From positions 231,440-295,439 of the forward strand of contig CAVYIM010000009.1 in NCBI GenBank assembly GCA_963768655.1: 64,000 bases of DNA, written 5' to 3'. The translations under genes and the position numbers were made by a program. This document shows, one piece after another, positions 49,314-60,386 of this stretch. Origin of the DNA: an uncultured Chloroflexia bacterium (lineage in GTDB: Bacteria; Chloroflexota; Limnocylindria; Limnocylindrales; CSP1-4). The notes beneath the pieces are model-generated. The model was given only the letters and a program-made list of their open reading frames with translations. It was not told where the DNA came from and did not search any database. The first letter of the stretch is position 1. The number at the start of each line of letters is the position of its first letter.

Positions 49314-50615
49314 CTACTTGGGCAGCGCCGACAGACCTGACTCGCCGGAACCGGCCTCGTCGCGTGCCTTCGCTCGATCCAGGTAGGACTGCGCCCTGGC
49401 GATCTGCGCCGTGAGGGCGTCGATGGTCTGGCTCATGCTGTCGAGGGCCTTGAGCTTGAAGGCGTCGATCTCGTCCATCGTGGCGTAGATGTTGTCGAAT
49501 GCGGTCTGCAGCTTGGCGATGTCGACCGTCGCCGAGGCGGCCTGCTCGTTGACCGCGGTCGACTGCTGGCGCAGCAACACCGAGGTGCTCTCGATCAGGT
49601 TCGAGGTCGTCGTGTTGAGGGCGGTGATCTGATCCAGGACCAGCTTCTGGTCGGACAGAGCCTGGGCCACGATCACGGCCGTCCGCAGAGCGGAAATGGT
49701 CGTGGTGGTGGCGCGGTCGACGCCACGGATCAGCTCGAGGTTGTTGCGGCGGATCACGTCGAGAGCCAGATAACCCTGGACGCTGACCGCCAGCTGAGTG
49801 GTCAGGTCCTGGACCTTCTGGCGGACGTAGAAGAGCATGTCCTCCTGCAGGACTTTCGCCCGCTCGGGATCGGTCGTCTGGATCTGCGCGATCCGCGCGC
49901 TCAGGCTGGCGTCGAGCTTCTGGGCCAGGTAGATGTACTGGCGCAGGCGCTCCATGATCGCCCACAGGTTCGCCTTCTCCAGCTCGAGGTCGGAGTTGTC
50001 CTTCTGTAGCGTCGCCTGGCCGTTGCCGAGGCCCTTGATGACGGCGTTGATGTGGCTCTGGCTGGAGCGGTAGCGGTCGAAGTAGTCGCGCAGCTTGTCG
50101 CCCCACGGGATGACCCCGAACAGCTTGCGGGGCGAGAAGAGGTCGCCCTGGTGGGCCGGGTCGAGGTCGTCGATCTGACGGCGCAGCTGGATCAGGCTGG
50201 TCGAAACCTCCGATGAGCCGGAGATGCCGCCCCGCTTCATCGCCGCCACGGGTCGGTCCAGCAGCCGCGAGGAGACCTGGGCCGAGTTCTTGATGTCGTC
50301 CTCGCCGAGGTTGCGGATGTCGGCGACGCGGGCCTCGAACGCGGGGTCGTGGACGTCGAGCGAGGCGATCGCGTCGACGTAGCCGGAGACCATCTCGTCG
50401 AGCTTCTTGACGGTCTCGGGATCGAGCTTGACCGCGTTCTCGGCCGCCGGTGCGGCCACCTCGGCGACGGGCGCCGGCGCGGTCAGGACGAGCGCGTTCT
50501 CGGTGGTGGTCAGGACAGGCGCGGCAGGGGCCGGTGAGGCAGGGGCCGGCGCGGCTATCACGCCGCTGGCGGCCGCCGTACCGGAGGCCTTGTCGATCTT
50601 GAGCGAGTCGCCCAT
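49314..50615 (-). CDS. Toxic anion resistance protein (TelA/KlaA family)
   Basis: GAGGAGGAG RBS; KLFGVIPWG...YFDRYRSSQSHI, NNLELIRGVDRA, LQTAFDNIY. Confidence 0.88.
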   Translation of the reverse strand: MGDSLKIDKASGTAAASGVIAAPAPASPAPAAPVLTTTENALVLTAPAPVAEVAAPAAENAVKLDPETVKKLDEMVSGYVDAIASLDVHDPAFEARVADIRNLGEDDIKNSAQVSSRLLDRPVAAMKRGGISGSSEVSTSLIQLRRQIDDLDPAHQGDLFSPRKLFGVIPWGDKLRDYFDRYRSSQSHINAVIKGLGNGQATLQKDNSDLELEKANLWAIMERLRQYIYLAQKLDASLSARIAQIQTTDPERAKVLQEDMLFYVRQKVQDLTTQLAVSVQGYLALDVIRRNNLELIRGVDRATTTTISALRTAVIVAQALSDQKLVLDQITALNTTTSNLIESTSVLLRQQSTAVNEQAASATVDIAKLQTAFDNIYATMDEIDAFKLKALDSMSQTIDALTAQIARAQSYLDRAKARDEAGSGESGLSALPK

Positions 50616-50805
50616 TTGATGCTCCTCCTCGTGATGGCGCCTGCTGCCCACGGATCCCAGCCGGCTCTCGGCCCGAAGAACGGGATAAGGGTACTGCCGC
50701 CGCCGAATCGGTTGGGGCCGGCGCGGCAGGGGACCGGCAGTCGGGCGTACCCCGATCCGAGTGGAGGCTTGCGGTCCGGGCGGTGGAGGGCCAACCTTGG
50801 CGTCG

Positions 50806-52926
50806 ATGATGCCCCTGCCGTCTCGTTTCGGTGCTCGAGGCCGGCTGTTGACGGCGCTGGGCGTCCTCGCGCTGGTCTGTGGCGGCGTGGAACCGCCGGC
50901 GGTCCGGGCCAATCCGGCGCAGCCGGCCGGCGCGTTCGGGTCCGCCACAGTTACCACGGAGAGCCTGGGCGGCGCTGATCAGTACGCCGTGGCCGTGGCC
51001 ATCTCCCAGCGCCTCTTCCCCCACGGCGGGGCGCCGGTGGCCTATCTGGCGGGGGGCGACAACTACGCCGACGCCCTGGCTGTCGGGCCGATCGCGGCCC
51101 GCGAAGGCGGGGCGATCCTGTATACGTCTGGTTCCTCGCTGACGGCGGCGGTGGGCAGGGAGCTCATCCGTCTCGCTCCGGCCCGAGTCGAAGTGCTGGG
51201 CGGGACATCCGTCATCGCCGACCACGTCCTGGATCAGGTGGCCACCATTCTCCCTGCCACGACGGTCGTGGAGCGCCTGGCCGGGGCCGACGCCCCCGGC
51301 ACCGCCGCGGCCCTCTCGGCCCGAGAGTTCGGGCGCAGCGCCGCCTCTACCGTCTTCGTGGCCTCGGCCCAGAGTCCGTCCGACGCGATAGCCGCCGGTC
51401 CGGCCGCGGCACGACTCGGCTCGCCGCTCCTCCTCGCCACCGCTTCGAGCCTGCCGGCGACGACCGCCGCCGAGCTGGTTCGACTCGAGCCGGATCGGGT
51501 CTTCGTCGTCGGCAGCGCGAGCGCGGTCTCCGACGAGGTGCTCGACGCGATCAAGCTGATCGTCCCGGAGACGGAGCGGCTCTCGGGCGCGGACGCCTAC
51601 GCCACGGCCGCCGCGGTCGCCGCTCGGTTCCTTCCCGCGGCCCCGACCGAAGTGACGGCCGAGGTCATGGCCGGCACCCCCGGTTACGCGAATGGCCTGC
51701 CGGCCGTCCCGCTCGCGGCCGCCCGCGGGGCCCCGATCCTGTTCGTCCCGGCGGACGACGTTCTGCCGAACCCTACCCGGGACGCCATCGTCGCCGCCCG
51801 GCCCTCCCGGTTCGTGATCGCCGGCTCGGTCTCGGAGGTCGTTCGGGCGCAGCTCGTCGGCTTCTCCGACCGCCGGCTGACCGTGCCTGCGCCCACCCCG
51901 GCCTACCCCGCGTACGACTCGGGCTATCACGACTACGGCGAGATGGTCACGCTCATCAAGGCCACAGAGATCGCCTACCCGACGCTCGTCCACGTCTTCT
52001 CGATCGGGAAGAGCTACCAGGGCCGCGACATCTGGGCGGCCAAGATCTCCGAGAACGTCTCGGCCGACACGGACGAGCCGGGCGTGCTGGTCGACGCCCT
52101 CCACCACGCCGACGAGCATCTGAGCGTCGAGCAGGCGCTCTACCTCCTGGAGACTCTGACATCCGGATACGCGACCGATCCGACCGTCCATCAGCTGGTC
52201 GACTCGCGCGTGATCTGGATCGTTTTCGCCCTCAACCCCGACGGCTGGGCCTACGACCTGTCGGGCGGTACCTACCACTTCTGGCGGAAGAACCGCCAGC
52301 CGTACGGCGGCTACTACGGCACGGATATCAACCGAAACTACGGGTACCGGTGGGCCTGCTGCGGCGGATCGTCGTCGAATCCCAACGCCTACAACTTCCG
52401 CGGACCCAGCGCCTGGAGCACACCCGAGGCCACGGCGCTCCGCAACTTCGTGGCCAGCCGCGTGATCAACGGTGTCGAGCAGATCAAGACCCACGTCACG
52501 CTCCATACCAACGGCGAGCTGATCCTCTATCCGTACGGCTACACGAAGACGGCGCTCCCGGGCGACATGAAGGCCGACGACTACGCGGTCTTCGTCAAGA
52601 TGGCCCAGACGATGGCCCGCATGAACGGCTACACGGCCGAGCAGTCGAGCCACCTCTACATCACCGACGGCGACGAGATCGACTGGCTGTACCACCAGTA
52701 CGGGATCTTCTCCTTCACCTTCGAGCTCTACCCCAAGGAGCTGGGCAGTCTGACGGCGGACGTCTATCCGCCCTATTCGGTGGTCCCGGCGCAGACCGCG
52801 CGCAACCGCGGAGCGCTGCTCTACCTGATCTACGCCGCCGGCTGCCCGTACGCCCTGATCGGCAAAGCCGCCCAATACTGCTCGGGCTCCCCGGTCGTGA
52901 CGCCGTCGTCAGGGCTGCTGCCGTAG
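50806..52926 (+). CDS. Secreted cell-wall-binding repeat 2 (CWB2) x3 plus M14 carboxypeptidase T-like protein
   Basis: Repeats LGGADQYAVA / RLAGADAPGTA / RLSGADAYATA; M14 motifs HHADE, WRKNR, DINRNY, TLHT, FTFELYP. Confidence 0.9.
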   Translation: MMPLPSRFGARGRLLTALGVLALVCGGVEPPAVRANPAQPAGAFGSATVTTESLGGADQYAVAVAISQRLFPHGGAPVAYLAGGDNYADALAVGPIAAREGGAILYTSGSSLTAAVGRELIRLAPARVEVLGGTSVIADHVLDQVATILPATTVVERLAGADAPGTAAALSAREFGRSAASTVFVASAQSPSDAIAAGPAAARLGSPLLLATASSLPATTAAELVRLEPDRVFVVGSASAVSDEVLDAIKLIVPETERLSGADAYATAAAVAARFLPAAPTEVTAEVMAGTPGYANGLPAVPLAAARGAPILFVPADDVLPNPTRDAIVAARPSRFVIAGSVSEVVRAQLVGFSDRRLTVPAPTPAYPAYDSGYHDYGEMVTLIKATEIAYPTLVHVFSIGKSYQGRDIWAAKISENVSADTDEPGVLVDALHHADEHLSVEQALYLLETLTSGYATDPTVHQLVDSRVIWIVFALNPDGWAYDLSGGTYHFWRKNRQPYGGYYGTDINRNYGYRWACCGGSSSNPNAYNFRGPSAWSTPEATALRNFVASRVINGVEQIKTHVTLHTNGELILYPYGYTKTALPGDMKADDYAVFVKMAQTMARMNGYTAEQSSHLYITDGDEIDWLYHQYGIFSFTFELYPKELGSLTADVYPPYSVVPAQTARNRGALLYLIYAAGCPYALIGKAAQYCSGSPVVTPSSGLLP

Positions 52927-52974
52927 GTCACCGCCGCGGCGCGGCGGCCGGCCGGGATGCCGCCCGCCGGGCGG

Positions 52975-54564
52975 TCAGAACCGGCCGATATCGCGCCGCC
53001 GCAGCCCGGTCAGCCCGATGAGTGTGAGGCCGGCCGCGACGGCCGACATCACGACCAGCGGCAGGAAGGTCAGGCTCGCAGCAGGCAGTTGGGGCACGCG
53101 CTCGAATGGAGAGAGGTCCTGGAGCCAGCTTGGGAGGCCGAGGACCGCGCCGAGGAATCCCACGACGACGCAGGCCACAAGGATCGCCCACGACACGCCG
53201 ACCAAGCGCGGTACCAGCCCGTCGAGCGCGATGGCGAGCCCGACCATGATCCACATGGCCGGCGCGTAGACGAGGGCGGCCACGAACAGGCGCGGAACGC
53301 TTTGCATGCCGCCGCCCGCGAGGCCGTAGGTGAGGCCAGTGGCCAGACCGGCGACGGCGAGCAGGATGACGCTGCCCGCGCAAGCCACCGCGAAGTGACT
53401 CGCCGCGAACCGCCAGCGCGAGACGGGCGTCGCCAGGACCAGGTCGGCGCGCATGGACGTTTCCTCGCTCCGGACCCGCACGGCGGACTGGATGGCGAAA
53501 CCCGTGGCGATGAGCGCCATCAGTCGGAAGGATGAAGCGAAGTACAAGTCCGTAAGGCTCCCTCCGCCGGCGCCAGCCATCAACTCGGTGAGGGCCTTGT
53601 TCCCGCCGATCAAGGTGTCCACCGTGGGCCCCATCCAGCCGTAGGCGATGCCGATGAACAGGACACCGGCGCTCCATCCGAGCAGCGATGCCCGCTGCAG
53701 GCGGAAGGCAAGACCCAACGGGTTCCCGAGGCTCGGCGCTGCCGCCGCCGGGCCCGGCCGCGCCGCTACCAGCCCGGCGCCGAGGTCGCGTCGGAGGGTC
53801 AGGGCGGTGGCCGCGACAACCAGGAGCACCGTGACCGCCACCAACAGCAGCAAGGGCCACCATCGCTCATCGGCGAACGGCCGCGCCTTCTGGGCCACTC
53901 CGATCGGGGAGAACCAGGAGAGAGTGCCGTCGCCGATGTCGCCGACGGCACGCAGCATGTACGCCGCCCCGAGCACCGCCCCGGCGGTGCCATAGACGAC
54001 TCGGGTGTTCTCGGTGACCTGCGCCACGAGCAGCGCGACGCCGCCGAAGACCAGACCGACCAGGAGGAACGACACCCCGAAGACGACCGACCCGGCAGCG
54101 GGCAGGCCCTGGGCGATCAGTACGGCAGCGATGAGCCCGCCAACGATCAGGTTCATGGCCGTAACCGTGATCGCCGCGGCGAGGGTGTTGGCATGGATGC
54201 CGACCGGTAGGGAGCGCACGACTTCGAGGCGGCCGCCTTCCTCTTCGCCCCGCGTCAGCCGGCCAACCATGAAGATGCTCATGAGACCCACCAGCACCAT
54301 TCCCCCGGCGCCGAACTGGAACGCCACCTGTCCGCCGATCGTGTTCAGGCCCTGGGGGGCTCCGTTGAAGGCGATCATCGCCGCGTTGCCATAGGTGGCG
54401 GCAGCCGTCTGATCGAGGGCGGCCTGATTGGGGAAAACGCCCTCGATCCCGACTGTCGTCAGAGCCGCCAGCACGACGAGCGCGACGATCCAGACGAGGA
54501 TCCGGACGCGGTCCCGGCGCAGGATGAAGCGGGTCAGCGCAACGGTTCCCGTGAGCGAGGTCAT
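52975..54564 (-). CDS. ABC-2 type exporter permease (polyketide-antibiotic-exporter-like)
   Basis: [45 protein letters not shown]; about 12 TMs. Confidence 0.9.
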   Translation of the reverse strand: MTSLTGTVALTRFILRRDRVRILVWIVALVVLAALTTVGIEGVFPNQAALDQTAAATYGNAAMIAFNGAPQGLNTIGGQVAFQFGAGGMVLVGLMSIFMVGRLTRGEEEGGRLEVVRSLPVGIHANTLAAAITVTAMNLIVGGLIAAVLIAQGLPAAGSVVFGVSFLLVGLVFGGVALLVAQVTENTRVVYGTAGAVLGAAYMLRAVGDIGDGTLSWFSPIGVAQKARPFADERWWPLLLLVAVTVLLVVAATALTLRRDLGAGLVAARPGPAAAAPSLGNPLGLAFRLQRASLLGWSAGVLFIGIAYGWMGPTVDTLIGGNKALTELMAGAGGGSLTDLYFASSFRLMALIATGFAIQSAVRVRSEETSMRADLVLATPVSRWRFAASHFAVACAGSVILLAVAGLATGLTYGLAGGGMQSVPRLFVAALVYAPAMWIMVGLAIALDGLVPRLVGVSWAILVACVVVGFLGAVLGLPSWLQDLSPFERVPQLPAASLTFLPLVVMSAVAAGLTLIGLTGLRRRDIGRF

Positions 54565-55505
54565 CGACGCGGCAAGGGTGTCGTTTCGCGCTCCCGGTCG
54601 ACACGTTCGGGTTCCTGTGCCAGCTCATCGCCGTAGTGCCGGAGGAACAGCTCCTCGAGCGTGGGTGGATGGCTGACCAGGCTCCGAACTCCGAGCTCAC
54701 CGAGCCGGCGCACCGCAGGGTCGAGGTGATCGGTGTCAACCTCGAAACGCACACGGGCGCCGTCGATCTCGAAGTCGTGGACACCGTCGAGGTCGGCCAG
54801 CCCCTGCGCTGGATGCACGGTCTCCGCGGTGATCGATGTTCGGGTGAGGTGCCTCAGCTCGTCGAGCGTGCCCGTTTCCACGGTCCGCCCCAGTCGGATG
54901 ATGCTCAGCCGGTCGCACAGCGCCTCGACCTCGGCCAGGATGTGGCTGGAGAGCAATACCGTTCGCCCCTGCGCCTTCACTTCGCGGATGCAGTCCTGGA
55001 AGACTGCCTCCATCAGCGGGTCGAGTCCCGAGGTCGGTTCGTCGAGGAGGAGCAGCTCGGCGTCCGACGCCAGGGCCGCCACCAGTGCAACCTTCTGCCG
55101 GTTCCCTTTTGAGTAGGAGCCGGTCTTCTTGGTCGGATCGAGCTGGAACCGTTCGAGGAGCTCGTCGCGGCGGCGCCGGTTGAGATCGCCCCGCAGGCGA
55201 CCGAAGAGGTCGATCACCTCACCGCCGGTCAGGCCCGGCCACAGGCTGACCTCTCCGGGCACGTACGCCAACCGGCGATGCAACTCGACAGCGTCGCGCC
55301 ACGGGTCCTTGCCAAGCAATTCGACATCGCCGGAGTCGGCACGAAGCAAGCCGAGCAGCACGCGAATGGTCGTGGTCTTACCCGAGCCATTCGGACCGAG
55401 AAACCCGTGGACCTCGCCGGCCTTGACCGACAGGTCGAGACCGTCGAGAGCGCGCGTCGATCCGAAGTTCTTCGTGAGACCTGAAGTGGAGATCGCGGTG
55501 GGCAC
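54561..55505 (-). CDS. ABC exporter ATP-binding protein
   Basis: [34 protein letters not shown]. Confidence 0.94.
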   Translation of the reverse strand: MPTAISTSGLTKNFGSTRALDGLDLSVKAGEVHGFLGPNGSGKTTTIRVLLGLLRADSGDVELLGKDPWRDAVELHRRLAYVPGEVSLWPGLTGGEVIDLFGRLRGDLNRRRRDELLERFQLDPTKKTGSYSKGNRQKVALVAALASDAELLLLDEPTSGLDPLMEAVFQDCIREVKAQGRTVLLSSHILAEVEALCDRLSIIRLGRTVETGTLDELRHLTRTSITAETVHPAQGLADLDGVHDFEIDGARVRFEVDTDHLDPAVRRLGELGVRSLVSHPPTLEELFLRHYGDELAQEPERVDRERETTPLPRR

Positions 55506-55832
55506 GTCGCCATGATCGCACCAATCCAGTGTTCCCTTCTCGGTGGCGGCGGCCGGTCTCTTGCCCGCTGCACAGCTGCCCGCTGCACCGCGGCCCGCTG
55601 CCCGCCGCACCGCGGCGGGACCGGCCATCCCCTGACGGCCTCCCTTGGTCGGAGCCAGCTCCGGCTTCGCTACATCTCCACGATGGCGACGAATGGTTAC
55701 TATGTCGCGGTCCGGGTCTCCACGCCGCAGGACTCAGCCGCAGGATCAGACGCTCTGCATGCTCCGTGCGGCGAGCCCCACCCGTAGCATCGGATCAGAT
55801 GCTCGAAATAGGCGTGGAAGATCGGCAGCCGC

Positions 55833-55908
55833 GCGCCCGTAGCTCAGTGGATAGAGCATCTGACTTCGGATCAGAGGGTCGGGGGTTCGAATCCCTCCGG
55901 GCGCGCCA
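55833..55908 (+). tRNA. tRNA-Arg, anticodon UCG
   Basis: Acceptor GCGCCCG/CGGGCGC plus GCCA; D arm TAGCTCAGTGGATAGAGC; anticodon arm TCTGA-CTTCGGA-TCAGA; T arm GGGGG-TTCGAAT-CCCTC; 76 nt. Confidence 0.97.
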
Positions 55909-55909
55909 C
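55892..55909 (+). repeat. att site, tRNA-proximal junction
   Basis: TCCCTCCGGGCGCGCCAC, identical to 63277-63294. Confidence 0.92.
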
Positions 55910-55910
55910 A

Positions 55911-57541
55911 CTAACCAGCGAGCGTAGCGGTCGCTGATGCGATCAGCGGCAGGTAGTCAGGGTGAGCCAGCCTCGCCTTCACGATCTCGTCGTCCCGGAC
56001 CTTGACTTCCGCGAACAGGTTCCGGCGATCTCGGCGCGCTCGGTAGGCGTGGCCTTGGACCAAAGCGTTCCGAGCTCTTGCAGCAGGCGCGCAGCGCGGA
56101 CCAGCACCGCCTCGCTGTAGGACGGCTGTGCGGCTCCTCCGTTGAGGGACGCGGTCAGTGCCCGCTTTCGGCCCACGTACTCGTCGCGGGTGATGTCGGC
56201 CTGCAGGAAGAGTTCCCGAAGGTTCGCCAGCTGCCGCTCGATCCGGGCCGTGTCGACAGTGGGACGTTGGATCTGAGCTTCGCGACGCTGGAGCCGCTCG
56301 ATGTCAGCCCGCCAGTCTGCCGGGATAACGAGGCTGGCCAGCCACGTCGCCAACCTGGTCCTCGAGTTGTGCCGAGCGAACGGCTCGCTGGTCGCAGGCG
56401 TGCCGCTCGCGCTGCGACGTGCACGCCATGTACAACACCGCTGGCGGCCGCTGCTCGACCGGTGGGCTTCACCGTAGAGGTTCGCCCCGCAACGGTCGCA
56501 GACGGCAAGCCGGCGGAACGGGTAGACGTTGTGAAGCTTGCCGCCGTTTGAGCCGCGGAACGACCGCGCCCGCACAGCCTTGATGGCCTGCCAGAGGCTC
56601 TCGTTCCAGATCGGTTCTTGCTCGCCCTGTTTCCACTCGGTGTCGTGGAAGTTGTGAGCCTTGCGCTCCTTGTCCGGCCGAGTGTGCCAGCCGACCTGGC
56701 CGACATATACGGGGTTGGAGACGATCACCCGGATCGAACTGCCCGAGAACGGTTCGCCCAGAGCGTTTCGATAACCCAGGAGGTTCATATGCGCGGCCAG
56801 CGGCCGAAACCCAGGATCCCGGTCGCGTAGGTTTCGCCGATGAGGCGGACAAGGTCGGCTCGCGTATATGTCGAGCCGAACCCGATGCGAGGCTGAGGCT
56901 CCGTGTCGAGGACGAGCTTGCCGGTCTCGACCAACTCCGAGCCGCCCTTGACCTTGTTGTAGACCGTCTCGTAGCTCATCCGATAGCCGATCGGGACGGT
57001 CCCGGACCACTTGCCGAGTTCGTATCGCTTCACCCGATACGCCTTCTGGACTTTCCCGCCGTGGAGAGTCAGGAACTCGTGCGAGAGAGCGGAGTGGACA
57101 GCCTGGCCAACCTGCTGGTCTGCGCTGCTGAGATCGTTCGTCTCGATGTAGACGACGATCACGCCGGCCTCGTGGAGCCGCTGCTCGTAGATCGCCGCCT
57201 CGCGTCGCTCTCGGGCGAACCGGCTCGTGTCGTAGACCAGGAGAACGTCGAACGCGCCGGCTTCCGCGTCGGCGATCATTCGCTGGAACTGCGGCCGGCG
57301 CGACGCCTTCGAGCCGCTGACGAAGTCCGTGTAGAAGGCGCCGTCGAAACCCTCTGCGCCCGGGTCCGCGTTCTCCACCTCGGCAAGCTCCAGGCCCCAC
57401 CGCGATGCGTATGCGTAGGCCGCGCTGCGTTGCACGATCGGCCCGGAGTTCTCACCCTGCTTCTTGGTCGACTCGCGGACCAGGCCCGCGCGCAACCAGG
57501 CCTCGAAGCTGCTCTGGGGCTCGCGGGAGCTGTCGCCTCAA
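55911..57541 (-). CDS. Large serine recombinase (resolvase, recombinase, Zn-ribbon, coiled coil) with several frameshifts in this sequence
   Basis: TTG start MRRQLPRAPEQLRGLVARG/LVRESTKKQ (catalytic Ser), RRPQFQRMI...DVLLVYDTSRFAR, PIGY, NPVYVG, CDRCG...YMAC; pieces lie in different frames. Confidence 0.88.
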
Positions 57542-57807
57542 TGAGGGCCTCCTGCCCTCGCGCCGTTGCTTGCCGCCGGCGAGGGCCTGCTAGGGCGGGA
57601 CCGACTCGATGGTCGCCGCCGTTGCCTCTCGCCACGATAGACCAAAGCGGGCGGGGTTGCCGCTACCGAAGCCGATGCGTGCCCCCGAGACACGGCTACC
57701 GGGCCATCTTCGGGAAGCCCAACGCTCTCTTGGGCCGCCTCCCGGCTGGCAACTGCGAGTGCGACTCGGGCGAGCACCGACATGAGTGGAAGCGCTTGCT
57801 CTCTCAT
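57538..57807 (-). CDS. 89-aa ORF between repSA and int (candidate directionality factor)
   Basis: ATGA overlap with the repSA stop and TTGA overlap with the integrase start. Confidence 0.5.
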   Translation of the reverse strand: MREQALPLMSVLARVALAVASREAAQESVGLPEDGPVAVSRGHASASVAATPPALVYRGERQRRRPSSRSRPSRPSPAASNGARAGGPH

Positions 57808-59155
57808 CCGGACAGGGCCGGCGAACGGGCGCTTCCGCGGTTACCCGCTGCGACGGCCCGCTCAGCGGGACTCAGACCTGCCCCGGCGAAGTGGAAGTCT
57901 CGCCGGATTACGACCTGGCCACCGGCGGCACGAGCGCGAATCCGGCTGAGCCACGGATCCGCATTCGCTCGAAACTCCGCCCGGACGGCGCGCAGCGCGG
58001 CGAAGGTGACCGAGTAGCGACGAGCCTTGGTCAGGAAGTGGCCACGAAAGCCCAGGTTGTGAGCCCAGCGTGGATTGAGCCTCCAGGCCGATCGCATCAG
58101 AGCGCGAGCATGAGGAGAGAGGTCGGCTCGTTCGATCACGCCCTCTACTCGGATCCGTCGATCAAGACCACCGGCAATCTGTGCGTCCTTGGTGGCGTAC
58201 TTGGCGAGGTAGCCCGCTACGCCGGCTCCGTGCCCGTCGCCTGCTTGCGGGCTCGCAGTTATCGGTCTCGTGTCGATCTGCTCACCCCAGCGGATCACCA
58301 TCTCACGTCCACCGGGTCCCGCCACCGTGACCGCTACGCGCGCCGCGGTGCGGGCGACGGCCTCCGCTAGACGCTGCGCCGTCGCTCCGCCCGCCGGCGC
58401 GGTGTCGGGACCGCCGGGTCCGTCGAGTCGGATGACCGCATGGACGTGGACCGATCCACGGGCCTGGAACTCGGCGACCTTGGCATAGGCGACACGGACC
58501 TGGCGTCGCAGGGCTGCCACGCTCAGGCCGCCCAAGGCCGCGAGCTCGCGAGGCAGGTACGTGATCGTCCGCCGCCACAGGGCTCCGAGGTTCGCGTTCC
58601 ATAGCGCCGCGGCTTCGTAGCCGTAGCAGTCGGGGCAGATGGCCTGGCCGACGAGCGGATCGCCATCTTCATGGCGAGCCGTGCAGCTTGTGGGAACGCC
58701 GTGCAAGCAAGCGCCGTCTACGCCGGGATGACACGGGCGGACCTGATCCTCACTCACGACTCGCCGATGGACTGCTCCGAACGAGGGAGCGGTGAACGTC
58801 GCGAAGACGACCGGGTGCGAGGCCACGGATGTCGAGACACTTTGGCCTCACTTCCCTCAAGCCCCGCGGCTACCAGGAAGTAGGCGTCGCGGCGATACCG
58901 CTCCGAGCAAGGCGGGCACCGCGACTCGCGTCGGTTGCCACAGGCGACCAGGACGAAGCCCGGAGCCTCGGACCTGGTCGATCGACGAGCGACAACCTGA
59001 CCAGTCGAAGCCAGCGCCGCGACCGACTCGCCCTCCAGGCGGATCGGCGAGGTACAACCGCCGGTTCGGCGGATCAGCTCGACGAGGGCAGGTGCGCCGG
59101 CGCCGTAGCGGGCAGCGAGCACCGCCAGCGACGCCGGCTCATGCACGAGCACCAC
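57804..59155 (-). CDS. repSA: RepSA-type rolling-circle replication initiator (frameshift near 58830-58860)
   Basis: GGCTSPIRL, CGNRRESRCPPCSERY, FATFTAPSFGAVH, KVAEFQARG, HUH motif VHVHAVIRLDG, YLAKYATK, WAHNLGFRGHFLTKARRYS. Confidence 0.9.
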
Positions 59156-59162
59156 CCGATCC

Positions 59163-59588
59163 TCAGGCGCTCTGCTCGGTGCGATGGAGCGTCTGCGGGA
59201 TCTGGGCCTTCACCGTCGCTCCACGAACCGCAGTCGCGCGGAACGACCACGCGAGGCGAGGCCGGGAGCCCGACGTGTCCACGTAACCGGTCGCTGTTAG
59301 GCCCTCGAAGGCAACGGCTGGGAAGGGCGAACCAGCCGGCGCCTGGGGAAGGGTCGGCGGATTGCGGGACGCGATCTTGACCTTGACGACCTTGTTCCGA
59401 GCCTCCGGATCGGCGTCGAAGACCGAGATCGCCCAGAGCGGCAGACCCGAGTCGCGATCGTGCGCCTGGACCCGCTGCTCGGGTGTCGAGGCATCGAAGT
59501 CGATGACCTGCTCTACGCCTCCGACCGCGTATGCGCCGGCTGGGAACAGGAGCTCGTGGGTGATGGGGATGTTTCTGCCGAGTGCCAT
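59163..59588 (-). CDS. Pra-like protein (actinomycete element replication/integration/excision activator family)
   Basis: AAGGAG RBS; FPAGAYAVG.VEQVIDFD...DRDSGLPLW...DADPEAR...VKVKIAS...FEGLTA..Y...RLAWSFRA, recognised from AICE proteins. Confidence 0.7.
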   Translation of the reverse strand: MALGRNIPITHELLFPAGAYAVGGVEQVIDFDASTPEQRVQAHDRDSGLPLWAISVFDADPEARNKVVKVKIASRNPPTLPQAPAGSPFPAVAFEGLTATGYVDTSGSRPRLAWSFRATAVRGATVKAQIPQTLHRTEQSA

Positions 59589-60116
59589 GGATCTACTCCT
59601 TGTCTGATTTCGAACAGCACGAAAGAACCGACGCGCTGCGCACAGCTATCGCCGGATAGAGCTCGCCTAAGCGGCTCGAAAGAGTGGGGGCGGGCGCTCT
59701 GTCTTGGTCCGAAATGTCTAGCCGGACCTGCGCCGGTCGCCACCAAAGACGCTAGGCCGACCGACTCCGAGAGTCAAGGCTTCTGCGTACCATCCGGCGT
59801 ACCATCGGCGGATTTGGCCGCTGTCCGAGCCGAAATCGAGCCTGGGAGAGCTGCCGGCGGCCACGAAAACTGCCCGCTGGCGGACACAAACCGGGACCGA
59901 GCCTGGATCCCGGCGAGACGGTCAGGGCGGGCTCTACCTGACTTCGCTCGATCGCTGCGACCGGCGAGTATGGCCCGATGCACGGGGTCATCGGGCGGGT
60001 TCGCCTGTTATCGCCGCGATCCGCTCAACGAGGCCGACAACGGGGCAGCCCTTCGACTTGTTACGACTTTCTCTACGAGATCAAGTGAGCGCCAGGTGAG
60101 CGGCGCCCGGTAGGGT

Positions 60117-60365
60117 GTGAAGCGCAAGGCACTCTTCGCGACGATGGCAGATGCACTGAATGGTTCAGGGCTCGCTGTAGGTCCCGCGAACTCGGGTACT
60201 GTCGGTTTGAGCTATCCACAGAGCCATCCCCGAACGTGGACAGGAGTTGTGGAAGGGTGCCTAGCCGCCGGACCTTCGGTGTCGCACACTAACGCTTGGG
60301 CTGGGCCTTTGGTTGCTCTCGCGGTGGCGACGCTGCGGAACGAGTCCGCGCGGAGGCTGAGTTAG
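60117..60365 (+). CDS. Hypothetical small protein
   Basis: 82-aa ORF immediately upstream of the methyltransferase; no family recognised. Confidence 0.35.
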   Translation: MKRKALFATMADALNGSGLAVGPANSGTVGLSYPQSHPRTWTGVVEGCLAAGPSVSHTNAWAGPLVALAVATLRNESARRLS

Positions 60366-60386
60366 AATAGAACAAGGGTTCTGCCA

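Noticed and set aside
49285-52875. 1196-aa minus-strand ORF and other long overlapping ORFs (e.g. 149-1588, 7185-9002, 22584-24338, 31144-32742)
   Set aside because: Shadow frames of GC-rich genes; Arg/Gly/Pro-rich with no motifs (except the last part of 7185-9002, which belongs to the DUF347 gene).
55563-55611. GCCCGCTGCAC short repeats upstream of the ABC ATPase
   Set aside because: Few, degenerate, GC-rich low-complexity copies with no supportable function.
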